From: Octopus vulgaris
Taxonomy: Eukaryota
Direction of reading: 5' to 3'
Length of the DNA stretch: 64,000 nt
Assembly (NCBI GenBank): GCA_951406725.2
Contig: OX597816.1
Span: 64,480,001-64,544,000, forward strand
Each line of letters starts with the position of its first letter. Position 1 is the first letter of the stretch. A program made the translations under genes and the position numbers. A model generated the notes under the pieces. That model made no database searches, had not been told where the DNA came from, and saw only the letters and a program-made list of their open reading frames with translations. This document shows, in pieces, positions 51,240 to 64,000 of this stretch.

Positions 51240-53560
51240 CTCGTCAGTGGATCCATGCTCATTTTACCGCTGAATGTTAAATAAAATCGTCTAGGTTACC
51301 ACCTAGAATTAAAGATCTGGCCCCATTCCAAGCCGACCGACTAAATATGATCAGCAACATTAAATTCCGAATGTACAGATCCAATTTCCTAACAAAACGT
51401 TTAAACGACTTGCTGAAAATAATATCCTCTAGAAATATATTCGTATTTTCAGACAAAACTAAAATTTAATATGAATTTAATGATACAACCAGCTTTTACA
51501 TGATAGTACAACTAATAAATACCAGAAATCCAACGCTGATACCAATAAAGAAATTAATGATGGAGCTAAAGATATCGTCGACACTTTGAAGATAGATTAT
51601 GAGTAATACTTATGTCTTGCTGAATGACGATAAACATGACTTTAACAACAGACTAGCATCTAGATGAATAAGCCCAGCTAAAATAGAATTCGGATTAGTC
51701 AAAAGGAAGAATTTAAAAGACATACTCTTTTACTCTTTTAATTGTTTCAGTCATTTGAGTGCGGCCATGCTGGAGCACCGCCTTTAGTCGAGCAAATCGA
51801 CCCCAGGACTTATTCTTTGTAAGCCTGGTACTTATTCTATCGGTCTCTTTTGCCGAACCGCTAAGTTACGGGGACGTAAACACACCAGCATCGGTTGTCA
51901 AGCGATGTTGGGGGGACAAACACAGAAACACACACATATATACATATATAGATATATACGACGGGCTTCTTTCAGTTTCCGTCTACCAAATCCACTCACA
52001 AGGCCTTAGTCGGCCCGATGCTATAGTAGAAGATACTTGCCCAAGGTGCCACGCAGTGGGACTGAACCCGGAACCATGTAGTTCGTAAGTAAGCTACTTA
52101 TCACACAACCACTTCTACGCCACGTATACGTACTAATGAAAACCCCAAACTATGGCTGTGGAATAACACATCGTCTGCGTTCCCGAGAAAAATAAGGCCT
52201 GATTTACGCAATAAGTTGTAAATTATTTTTACTAGTCAATTACTAGACCCTTGTTAGATAAATATTTAGGCTTTGTCCATAGATTTTGCACGTAGGTTTC
52301 ACCCTTATTAGCAACCAAAACATCGACGCTATTAAGTACGCGAGAAAAAATAAATCCTCCTATTTAATAACAAGTCTATCTGAGATAAAAAAAAAAAAGA
52401 CGTCAAACCGAAGGGACAGTTCTAATGCTAGAATGGGGTCATACGACAGCGCTGATGCGTGAGACCTCGTTGGATTATTTATACCTTATATAATTAAGGA
52501 CACCTTCTCTACTTAAACCATTGTTCTGCACATCGATGATGGTTTATCTCCATAATTGCAAATTCTGCAAAGCTGTAGCTGAAACTCTTGTCAACTTAGG
52601 ACGAAGAATAACAGCAGATACTAAGCACACTAATTCTTATTTCATGTATGCTTTCCTAGTTTTAGCCATAGGTTATAAACCGTATCACAAACCCAATGAA
52701 AATGTATGATATTTTAACAATGTCCTTAAGCTCACCCGTATTACTCAAAAACCTAGTCCTTAATATTAGCTGCTGGATCTCCAGCTTATTTTCTTCTAAG
52801 GAAATATCTGATAAAGCAGCTCCTTAATATATAAATCACTTGAAAATAAGGGATTTAAACATAAAGTTAAATATATGTCTAACCGTAATCCACGAGACAA
52901 AAACATAAACAGAACTAGGAGAATTATCAAGTTCACATATCTTTTCTCCCTAAATATGAGGAGTAATGCCATCAGGAACTTCTTAAACCTATTTGATTAG
53001 CATTTCCCACCGGCAACATAGATATAGTAAGATATTCAGTAAGCATTCGATGACAATCAGCGGTTCTTCTTGACCGTTCATGAGGTCGAACATCTCTCTA
53101 AAAAATCAAATCCGAAGAAAATTCTGAAAGATCCTGCAGAATAAAGGATGACTTCAAGCTACGGCAAAAACGTAAAGTGAAGTCTATAATGAATGAAGCC
53201 ATCATTACGCCAGATAAAATCAAACAAACAGAGATCAGAGGAAAATATATGACTATGGTACAGGACCGTTTTAAACAGCAGTGCCACACACATATCGTGA
53301 CCTTTAAACCAGCTTTTGATAGAAATAAGTCGCATGGAACGTGGCTGTTCATCATGTGAGCCGCATAAGACATGGCACATATGAGCTGACCAACATAACT
53401 AAAAATATTTGCTAGACGCGAGATCCAAAATGTCCTGTGGGCCGCATATTGCTCGTAACTGATGTATTATCTCGACGTAAGTGTGTGGATGTTAAGATGT
53501 AGCTTTTTTATAGTTATATTTATCTTATTCTACATGTTAGTTTCTCACATGGAAAAACTT
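51240..53560 (+). pseudogene. Old degraded PLE (RT + GIY-YIG), interrupted by a SINE
   Basis: Fragments colinear with the 650-aa ORF: FSDKTK (~51447), ISPAKIEFG (~51668), MGSYDSADA*DLVGLF (52433), YKPYHKPNE (~52674), HFP..YSKIF (~53000), KSIMNEAII..KYMTMVQDRFKQQCHTHIVTFK (53180). Confidence 0.8.
51723..52121 (-). mobile_element. SINE family A inserted in old PLE
   Basis: Colinear with 709-1138 and splits the PLE RT remnant. Confidence 0.88.
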
Positions 53561-54004
53561 CGATAACGCCCAACAAGGCTGGAAAATTCCCGTATTTATT
53601 TTTCTTGTACACAGTATCTTGGACTACATTTTCTTGTGTGTGATTTGTATTCTGAAATATGTCTTTACCGAAGATGCCTCGTAGTTGTGCAGGTCGCAAT
53701 TTTGGGATTCGTAGCACCTACAGTTAATAAATCCGATTATAATTAACAGGGTTATATATGCGTTATATTCGGTGGGTTAATGGGGTTAATGGAATATTGT
53801 CACTTTGAAAACTTTCCGCCTAAGACATTATATGCGTAAATTAAATCAATTTGTAAGAAGAGATAAATTAATCAGTATAATGTTCTCAAAATTCTAGGAG
53901 CCAAACGTATTGCTAGCGATGTTGTTTTCGTTGTTATTCTGCATAAGACACTAGTTGGTATAATGAATGCTATCTACATGTTTATTGTTCCAGATACACT
54001 GCTA

Positions 54005-54445
54005 AGACAGCGAGCTGGCAAAGTCGTTCCGCAGGCCGCACAAAATGCTATATGGAATTTCGTCCATCTTTATGCTTTGAGATCAATGCACACCGAGGTC
54101 GACTTTACCGTTTATCCCCTCGGGGTCGATAAATTTAAATAACATTTGAGCATTGGGTCCGATGTATACCTCTCCGTCAAAACTTCAGTCATTGTGCCTC
54201 TAGTAGAAAGGAATGTTACAGATATATCAAGGCGGTGAGATGACAGAATATTTAAAACACCGGACTCAAACCTTAGTGGCGTTTTGTCCGTCTGTACGTT
54301 CTAAGTTCAAATCTAACCGGCGTTGACTTTATTTTTAACATTTTTGGAGTCAATAAAATAGGTACCAATTAAGCACAAAGGTTAATGCAATCGACTTACT
54401 CTCTTCCCTGGAATAACTGCCCGTGGTCAAAGTTTCAATACATTA
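54005..54445 (+). mobile_element. Two diverged tandem SINE family B copies
   Basis: gcgagctggcaaag..ccgaggtcgactttacc..cggggtcgataaa and aaggcggtgagatgacagaa..aagttcaaatc. Confidence 0.65.
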
Positions 54446-54536
54446 TTAGAGATGTATCATAAAACTGTCTTGATGAGTAATTAGGGATCGTCATTATTGT
54501 GGACAGGGTGGGGGAAATTGCTCATCTTTCGGTCTG

Positions 54537-54622
<86 letters not shown>

Positions 54623-55149
54623 AAATTTCAAAAGCTAAATTAGAGGAGAGAAAAATGTACAGTGATGGCTATGTAATCGTGAATTAAAATATGTATAGAG
54701 ACTAAAGTTGGCCATGCGTGAATATTTAGAACCATGAAACTAACGGTTAAAAAATATGGACGCTCAAACTGTGAAACATGCCCCAACCTACTTGAAGGCT
54801 CGGATTTCCTTTTCATACAAGGAGAGAGGTTCAAATTTAAAACCAACTTCTCTTGTGACTCTGAGAATTTAATTTATGTAATAACCGGGTCGGGGTGGGC
54901 ATAACTATATACGGAAAACCACTCTATATAAAGCGATGGTTCGTTGCGATAGGGCATTTGAAATACCTACTGTAGGTATTAAAACAAGCATAATGGCGAA
55001 AGGCGCGTCGAAACAACTACATTAACCTGTGTTTATCCTTATTTTTTCTTGCATTTGCTCTGTAGTTCGTAATTCGGTACTTAACTACACAGAAAGCAGA
55101 CTGGATTATATATATATAGGCATATATACACGTATATATGCGTATATAT

Positions 55150-55782
55150 GCCTACGTTCTATCCGATTTTACCTTTCTTTAAAATTGAATGAAATTTAAT
55201 AGTATTTTAGAATGTCTAATGGAATTATAACTGATTTTTATGCATTTGCATACATTTAAACTAATTAAATATTAATTTACAGAATAATAGAATTAAAATG
55301 TCTTTGATTAAAACCCTTTCTAACATGTAAGTATCCAAAGAGCATTTCAGTCACATAATGCTTTATCAGTACAAAAAAAAAAAAGGAAACACTGTAGCCG
55401 AAGCGACTCGAAACATACACTCAGTTTATGGGAAAGAATGTTTGAATCAAAGAACTTGCAGAAAAGGGTTTGAAAAATTCAGAAGTAGATATTTTAGCTT
55501 ATTCTCCACACCTTGCTCCTTCAGACTACCAGACTACTATCGTAGTTTACAGAATCATTTCGGGGGCATAATTTTTGAAAGCCAGGAGGAGGTCGAAACT
55601 GATATTTCAGAGTTATTCGCTTTGAAAACAAAAGAGTTTTACATTGATGGGATTAAAAAGCTTGTAAATAGATGGAAGGAAGTCATAGATAATCAGGCAA
55701 AGTACATTGATGATTAAATTTCAATTTTGATCACTTGATCACTTTATTCAAAATTCGGACAGAACTTGTGTGATGACCTGAT
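55150..55782 (+). mobile_element. Internally deleted mariner element
   Basis: ORF 55358-55717 joins the mariner HTH (GNTVAEATRNIHSVYG..RTCRKGFEKFR) to the C-terminus (RSLQNHF..FYIDGIKKLVNRWKEVIDNQAKY). Right TIR cggacagaacttgtgtgatgacctgata; left TIR partial. Confidence 0.85.
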
Positions 55783-56686
55783 ATATATGCCAGTATTTAT
55801 GCATATATATATATCCGCATATGCATATATACATGTGTACATGTGTGTGTGTGTGTGTAAATATATTTAAATACATACATATGTATGTACGTTCGCTTCC
55901 TTGGCGTTGGTAGATTAAAGACCTTGCCAGTGGCTGCGCGCTCATGTGTGTATGTGAATATCTCTCCACCTATTTGTGTACATATACATCCATATACATA
56001 TAGCTAAATAAATTGATAGATTGATGCATATAGAGATAGTTAAAAATATTGATAATGATACAGAAATATAAAGTGTAAAGGGGTTAAAAATTCCAGTGTG
56101 TAAATGAGACTTCATAGCTACATAATATTTGAACAATTACGCCTTACAATATTCGCATCTGTTGTTACATAAATTTATAAAGTGACATGATTGAAATCTG
56201 GACATGGGCACTGGATAACGTTTGAAGTGAAATGGGAACGGAATCAGAGAAGAATGTCTTTTTGAAGGAAAATGTGCGTAATTAATTGCAAGTGGAATTA
56301 ATTATATTATAATGAAGACGATCTCTGATTCTCCATCGCTTGCTAAAGAAAACATACACAAGAGGTACTGAGCGAATTACATATCGATTCAAATCATTAA
56401 ATGAGTCATTCTTCGGTGTAGTAACGTAGATGAACCACCTTAATATATTTTGTTGCGAACCGGTATATTTTAGGTCCTGCAAAATGTGAGGCTTTTCCTC
56501 ATACATAACCGCGGAGATAAGTCTATGTAAATCATGATGATATTGGAATTGACTGTTTGCAATTCTACATGATTTCGACAGTTCGTAGCAGCAGAGACAA
56601 CTCATGATATATATAAAAGTTGCGTTGTTGAAAAACTAAAATGTCAAGGATATTATTCTCCTTCCACAATGCATCCACTTATCTGA

Positions 56687-56752
<66 letters not shown>

Positions 56753-56844
56753 ATATGTATGTATGTACGCATGTGTGTATTATGTATGTGAATGTATGTG
56801 CATATTTATGTGTGTGTGAGTATATCAATGTGTATTTACAAACA

Positions 56845-56953
<109 letters not shown>

Positions 56954-56984
56954 ACATATATATATACACATGGATATGTATATG

Positions 56985-57031
<47 letters not shown>

Positions 57032-57577
57032 ATACACATATGTATATAAGTGTAGAAATATACATAGTATGTATGCATTTATTCTTGAATCAGTGGTTGA
57101 TATTAATATTGAGTTATATTTAGACATTAACAAAATTTTAAATTGCAACACAAATATGATATATTGCTATGAACTGTATTCAGTTTTGACATGGAAACAT
57201 TTTTATTAGAATCATGTGAAGTTATTCATTTGTAATAATTCAAAACCCCTGCTAAATTTATTATATCATGTTTCGTAGATATTAACATATTACCGCTGCG
57301 TACAAACTAATAACCATCAAGAAAAAGGCAACCCGTACAGCAACCACATGAATACAGATTCCCTACGTACATATGTACATGTTTACAAGTATGCACATAT
57401 GTATACAAATATGTAAATATAGGTACGCATATTTATATACATGGGTGTATGCATATAAATGTATGTAAGCATGTATATACCCACAATTATATATGTATGT
57501 ATATATATGTATATAAATATATATATATGTATGTATATATATGTATATATATATATGTATATATATATGTATATATA

Positions 57578-57661
<84 letters not shown>

Positions 57662-57664
<3 letters not shown>

Positions 57665-58034
57665 TGGCTGTGTGGTAGGAAGCTTGCTTCCCAACTACAT
57701 GGTCCCGGGTTCAGTCCCACTGCATGGCACCATGGGCAAATATTTTCTACGTGTGTATGGATTTGGTATGTAGAAATTGAAAGAGGCCCGTCTTATATGT
57801 TTGTGTGTGTATGTATTTGTATGTATGTATCTGTGTGTCTGTGTTCGTCCTCCCAGCATCGATTTCCAACAGGTGTTGGTGTGTTTACGCCACCGTTATC
57901 TAGGAATTCGGCAAAAGAGAACGATAGTATATGTACTAGGCTTCCAAAGAATCAGTCGTGGGGTCGATTTGTTCGACTAAATGCGGTGCTCCAACATGGT
58001 CGCAGTCAAATGACTGAAACAAGTAACATGAAAA
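57662..58034 (+). mobile_element. SINE family A
   Basis: gagtggctgtgtggtagg..gggttcagtcccactgc..cagtcaaatgactgaaacaagtaa. Confidence 0.8.
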
Positions 58035-61000
58035 ATATATATATGCATATATATCTAATATAATAATATAATGTGAGTGTGTCAGTGTGTCAGACTTTTT
58101 CAACTTTACTCCTAGAGGCCGTAGCCCAACATATATCATTTTGGAATTAGGTTGACACCATGAGTAAATTAAGAACATTCTGGGCTGAATCCGAATCTGC
58201 AATCCTAAAATTTAGGATTGCTATGTTTTCATTACTGCGATTGTTTTCCACGATTATTTTGATATGATTTTTAGCGACAAATATGATCATCATTGGGTCT
58301 GACAGTGAAGGAAGCAATGACAAAAAATTCTCCAAAACAAGTCAGAGATATGTTTGCAGACCTTCCCGTACGGGCTGGTTGCTTAAAAACCACCCGATAG
58401 TTAGTGTATATACATGCATACATTCTGTGATGAAGTAATGCATACAGAACACAGAGCTCTAGACCAAGAGGACGTAATTTGTTTTAAACAACCCTACCAT
58501 ATAAACTGTAGAACTTCTAAGTTAAAAGACAATGTATTTTTAGGCTGGTGAAACGTAACAATTATTATACGAGCGAGGATATTGAAATTACTCGCACCAG
58601 GCATACATAGAAAAACTTACAGAGAAGATACGATCAATATATACCTCTATTCCGATACAAAGGTCGAATGAACTCCGTCGATATACGCAGAAGTATTATT
58701 CATGTAGCGTTGCTTATCGCAGGCAATGAGGCACAAATTCCTTCTTCAGTAACGAAGAGTAAAATATTAAATATAATACTGAAATTCAGTATAAAAGAAC
58801 ACGTGGTTACCCTCAAACTGTCATACTCTCCAACATCAAAGACGCTGGACGAGATGCAAGCTATTGTCATTAAAATGCATTTATGGGCCAATACCCACCA
58901 GGAAATTTCGCACCTTCAGTAATGTAGATCGCTTCTACATAGATCAAAAACAAGGCAATTATAGCTTAATATCAATCCAGAAAACCTTTCATTGTCACAT
59001 AATGCTCCTTTGGAACCATCTACTACACACCAATATGGAAGTCCTGCTATGGCTCAAAGCTGTGTACGTGAGACCAATAACAGCATAAAATTGAAAAGGA
59101 GCTAACTGGAAAGTATTCACGGGCTGACTACTAAGGGTATACAACCAGAGAAGTTGCATAATTCCAGAATAACAGGATCTTAAACGAATGGCAGTGTAAC
59201 TACCAGAAAAAGGACATGCATGACCATGTTCTCAAATGGCTTCAACGTGATAGTAATTTTGACAAAGAGACTTGTCTATCGCGCGGAAAAAATTCGTCTC
59301 GCTATATTTTTACTCTCACATTATTAACTTACTTTTTACAAGTGATGATTTTGCAAGGCACAAGCAGTATATAATGACAAAGTACTTGATGCACAAAAAG
59401 GACAAGCGCATAGCCTAGATGCGACAACTTATGAAGTCTTTTTAGAATTAGCATTGAATATGAAACCCACATCAGATGTAGCTGCCCAAAAATGTCTTTA
59501 TATGCGAGATGATGGCGTGTTCATAATATTATATGATGAACTCTGAAGAAGGAAAAATGATAAAGAAGCAAATGTAAAATGTATCAATGATATAGAGGTC
59601 ATAGGCATTCATAATTTGAACGAATACTTGTGGAATGTCCCTGCTAAAGCTTCAGCATAATACAAGCTTGAAAAGACCTGATGATGTTCTTTGATAGACG
59701 AAGCTGTCCATTAGTGGAAATCAGCTGCTCAGCAAAAGCTAGACTAATGTTGAATAATAGCGAAAAAGAAAACATCTACTCCGAATAGATGAAAATTCTG
59801 AAGGTACTCCAACCGAAGTACAACTAAATTTAGATTTTCACAAATGATTATTGCAAGATTTGACTACGAGATAAAGTGCTCCTGTAATAATCTTGAGAGG
59901 ATAGGGTTTTAAAAAATCAGAAGGAATACACCTAACCAGAAACTTACCGCTACTAATAATCAAAGGTACTGTAAAATATGTAAAGCATTCATGAAGTTCA
60001 GTATAAGTTCTATATTATCAATGTCGTCTCTAATGGCTCCAATGTGCACATGGCAACATACAACTCTGTAGACGTACATGTGTGCAAACAGAAACACACA
60101 GATATGTCTATATGTACGTATGCATGAATACAGATACATGCTAACACACAGCTATACATAAAAGACTATCCTGTTTGATGTTATCTAAATTCTAGGTTTG
60201 TATCTAGGCTAGAAAACGATTTTTTCTCCACTGCTGAGAAATTCGAAAAATAAATTCAAGAACACATATATATATATGTATATATAAACACATACTTACA
60301 TACATACATCATAATTACATCATACATATATACATACATCATACATACATCATACATACAGACACACACCTACATACATATACAGACACACATCTACAAA
60401 AATATACACATATATACATAGATACAGACACACACCTACATACATATACACATATATACATACATACATATCCCCCCTGTCAATAATAGCGACTAAAATA
60501 CCAACAAAGTTCAAGGTTGAAACGAAGAGCAACCAACCCCCTTATTACCTTACCATTTCCAATTTCTTCATTCCATCTATAGAAACTTTGCTACAGAACG
60601 TACATTCATTAATGAATATCCTTGAGATACAGAATTTAGAACGCGAGAAAGTGAAAGACAATAATTTTGAAGATAGAAAAGAAAATTTATATATTTCATT
60701 TGCTAGGATTTAATATGGTAATATATCACCTGATCTCAACGTATGTAGAAGTAATCGGATGTGCATCAATTTTGATCTTATTTTCTTTCAGTTTATCATG
60801 CTGCCTGAGGATATGTAATTGAATGTTTAAAGATAGAAAAAAAAGAGAAAAAACGTGTTGGTGGTTGGAGTGGATGCAAGTTGCTCAACCATATTGATAA
60901 TGACAGCTGCATATAGTATAGTATGAATCAACGGCTTAGGTATAATCATTTCCCCCATCTAAATGAATATGTGTCTTTGTATAGGACATACATACGCATG

Positions 61001-61094
61001 TGCTTGTCTGTGTGTGTGTATGTATGCATGTGTACACACACGAACTCACACATACACTTATATACACAAATATAAATATATGTGTGTGTGTATT

Positions 61095-61134
<40 letters not shown>

Positions 61135-61179
61135 TATATATATATGCATATATACATATAGATATACATATATATAATG

Positions 61180-61236
<57 letters not shown>

Positions 61237-61456
61237 CATGCATATATATATATGTGTGTGTGTGTTTATTCTTTGCATCCTCACTTTATGTATGCATACA
61301 TTTACAGATACGTACGCTTTATGTACGACTAAATATATAGATATTCGGTTATCTACATATGTCGGTAGTAACTCGCTTTTGACACGGCATAGAAAATGGA
61401 ACAAATAAAGGACAGGAACAGTAAAAAAAAGAAACTAAATTGAGAACTATGTATAT

Positions 61457-61740
61457 ACAGGGTTTAGACAAAATAATAGAAACATCAGGAAAGTTGTTTT
61501 TTTATATAGAAATGTTTAAATTTTGATTAACCTTCAAAGAATATCCAATAATTGATTAAGCTTATTCATACTTTTCATATGAAATGTATTGAATATAGCT
61601 GGTTTTTGTTAGTATTACTTTCCTATTGGAATAATTTTATATTAAGTTAATAGAAGACCTTTCGCATTTTGTAAGAGATCACGTATTAGGAGCTCGGGTA
61701 GGTGGAACCTCCATGTTAGAACCATAATGTTTAGGTTTTA
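61457..61740 (+). mobile_element. Tc1-like left end with start of transposase
   Basis: TA + cagggtttagacaaaataatagaaac (TIR-like), followed by DLSHFVRDHVLGARVGGTS (compare DLSDFxRGxIVGAR). Confidence 0.55.
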
Positions 61741-61753
61741 TATTGTATATTCT

Positions 61754-62271
61754 GGTGGACGCGTCTGAAAGGATTAGAGACAGACACTTTCCTCTCTGGT
61801 CAATCTCTCATCAACTTCTTCAAGTATCACTTGAAAAGGAAAGTGAGAGTAGAGAGGCAAGTTTTGTCTAGCGAATGTTTCAAAAAAAAAAGATGGGTGA
61901 ATGTAGCAAGGATGGCACGTATGAATGACGGAACCACCTTGAGCATAATTCTATGAACCCGGAAAAATTTAAAACAGAGAGTTACCTACTTGCAAATAAA
62001 TGTGTTAACATGTGACATTATTGACCGAGGTTACCGTGGTCTTTTCCATAGACATTTCTTTCCACGGATAAACCTTATCTGCTTCCCCCTTTATACTTTA
62101 CATCATGACATTTCTGTGATACACGATCCCTATTGATGTTTTAGTTTTTTACGATCCCTTTTGAACGAAAACCTACCCCCTTTTTATTTTTATTTTTTCT
62201 ACCCAAAAAGAAAAGCTCTACTTTGTAATTTGTCCCCCCTCCCCGTCTTCAGCCCTGTTGGCTAAAGAAAC
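61754..62271 (+). mobile_element. 5'-truncated non-LTR retrotransposon (L1/Tx1-like 3' end) with 14-bp TSD
   Basis: TSD atattgtatattct at 61740-61753 and 62272-62285. Open frame WWTRLKGLETDTFLSGQSLINFFKYHLKRKVRVERQ..RWVNVARM..* then a 3' UTR. Clade assignment is inferred. Confidence 0.7.
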
Positions 62272-62699
62272 ATATTGTATATTCTTGTTATGGGAGAATC
62301 CTGAACATCCCCACGTGACTGAAGGTGGACTAACCGAATATAATAGATAAGAACTGACTAAACCTGCAGAGAGAGGAGTTCATGGTTTTAGTTCAAACTT
62401 GTTCGGTTTACCATATTAGTTCGACGTGTGTAGGTTTAACAGTCGGTAGTTTAATAGTGAATACTAAGTATCGTATCTACGTTCCAGATGTATGGAGTGC
62501 GTTCTACGTTAACATATATTCCTGCAGTTTGGTTATTTTTAGATAACCACAACCGACTATTTAGTTGTGTAATACCATATTACACCGGACGTGAATACCC
62601 ACGTTATAACAGTCCATAAAATCCACTGGAAAATATAGGTTTAATAGTTAAAATGTAGAATACTGCATAAAAAGTTATCTCTCAAGAAAATGACCTACA

Positions 62700-63600
62700 T
62701 ACTTGTAGCGAATTATCTTCGAGTTTGAAATCAAAGACTGCTCAGTGTCGATTTCATCTTTTGGAAACAAAAATGTATGCAGGATACAACTCCGAAGACA
62801 AAGATGGCTTGCGATTGCCAAAAAAGTGAAGATGCGGAGTGACGCATAAAATAAGCGAATATGTTGTCATGGTGTAGCATACAAATTTTTCTTTGTGTGC
62901 GCCTCATGACTTTGCGTTGGTGCTGCTTCTCCAAACTGATCCAGTAGTTCCAAATAAAACCTTTTACTTCGTCCGACCACATCGAAAAGACATTTGGTGA
63001 ACGAAAGCCTTTCAAAGAGTAAAACAATGAATATCATTTTAATAGTTGTGGAGTATTGAAGTGTATTTGTTGGTCATCGTAATGCAGAGCCATTTTGTTA
63101 TTAATTCGAATTTTTTAGACCCATGTTTCATAAACTATTATGATTCTTTTCAGGAAGTTTACAGCGGCATTCGAACGATCAAAGAGCTCTTGTGCGACGG
63201 TGGTTCCATTTTCTGAAGAAGCAAATTTTGTAGTAACACAAAACATCTTCACCTCTTTTAAAATCACGGGGAGCGTCTTCGGAAATCACACGGACAGTCA
63301 AAGAATATGTTTTAGCAGTTAAAAGCACGCCATTCTTAAAGTCATTGCCATTCATTTGTGTGGAATTTCGTCTAGATTAAGAATTGTTTAAGTGGGTTTA
63401 TTTTTCATTTTAAATACTGGTACCACTTGTAACTCACCATTCAGCTCAGGTGTTCATCTTCTTTAACATCTAACATTACAAAGCAATTTCGGATTTTCTC
63501 TACTAATTCGAAATAGACTTCGTTATGAACATGTTGCTCTTTCATTTCTGTATTATTCAAAATTTTAACAAATGGTGAAATACACTACAGTCTTTGTTCA
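62700..63600 (-). pseudogene. Decayed mariner transposase remnant
   Basis: LHHDN motif and FQKMKSTL (compare HHDNAPAH, FPKLK), with an EQ-type N-terminus near 63540. Heavily degraded. Confidence 0.55.
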
Positions 63601-64000
63601 CTCTAGTTAGAATGCATTAATGAAAAACAAATTTGAAATGATGTGATTGTTTTTACAGAGAGAGTGGAAGTCACCCCATACACAGCGCTGAATTGATGGA
63701 CACGCTGCTCGGGTTGGTTGTTCGTTTACTTTGTTTTCTAAACGATCTGTCATGTGAACAACACTGTCACATCCTGACGTAGGAAATATCGGTGGGATTG
63801 TGATGGAACAGCAACGTATTATTATTCACTCAGGCCTATAGTAAAACTGCCTTGTAGAATCACATTCAGGGACTATTTAACTTTTCGTGATACCAAAAAG
63901 TAATGGTCGAGATGTAATGGCAAGAACCTCCCAGCATAGCTATATCCCGATACGTAACACTAAAATATTTTTAAAGGCTAGCATGAAACAGATGTAAGGT

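Noticed and set aside
58400-59900. Possible decayed MULE/hAT-like transposase
   Set aside because: Coding-like composition but no motif I could verify by eye; needs a translated search.

Overview
AT-rich, microsatellite-dense animal DNA that is intergenic or deep intronic. The repeat landscape resembles Octopus/coleoid cephalopod genomes, which is an inference from sequence style only. No intact host protein-coding gene was found, and nearly all short ORFs are microsatellite artefacts. The window holds three or four tRNA-derived SINE families, decayed Tc1/mariner elements, MITEs, 3' remnants of several LINEs (RLE/R4-like, RTE, L1/Tx1, CR1/Jockey-like) and Penelope-like elements (PLEs). The main signal is a set of hammerhead-ribozyme (HHR) elements from four sequence families, each inserted in (TA)n. 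(1) A young PLE (RT + GIY-YIG) is folded into a 3.7-kb near-palindrome at 18702-22412 and carries a variant-core HHR. (2) Two ORF-less mini-palindromes at 22453-22652 and 44572-44827 share the same layout of arm, inverted arm and ~70-nt tail. (3) A 353-bp tandem array at 36911-37690 has a textbook type I HHR per unit, is retrozyme-like and is a circular-RNA candidate; it lies inside an inverted duplication of its Tc1-derived flank. (4) A solo element has a long-stem-II HHR at 36311-36423. All folds were done by eye and no catalytic activity is demonstrated.
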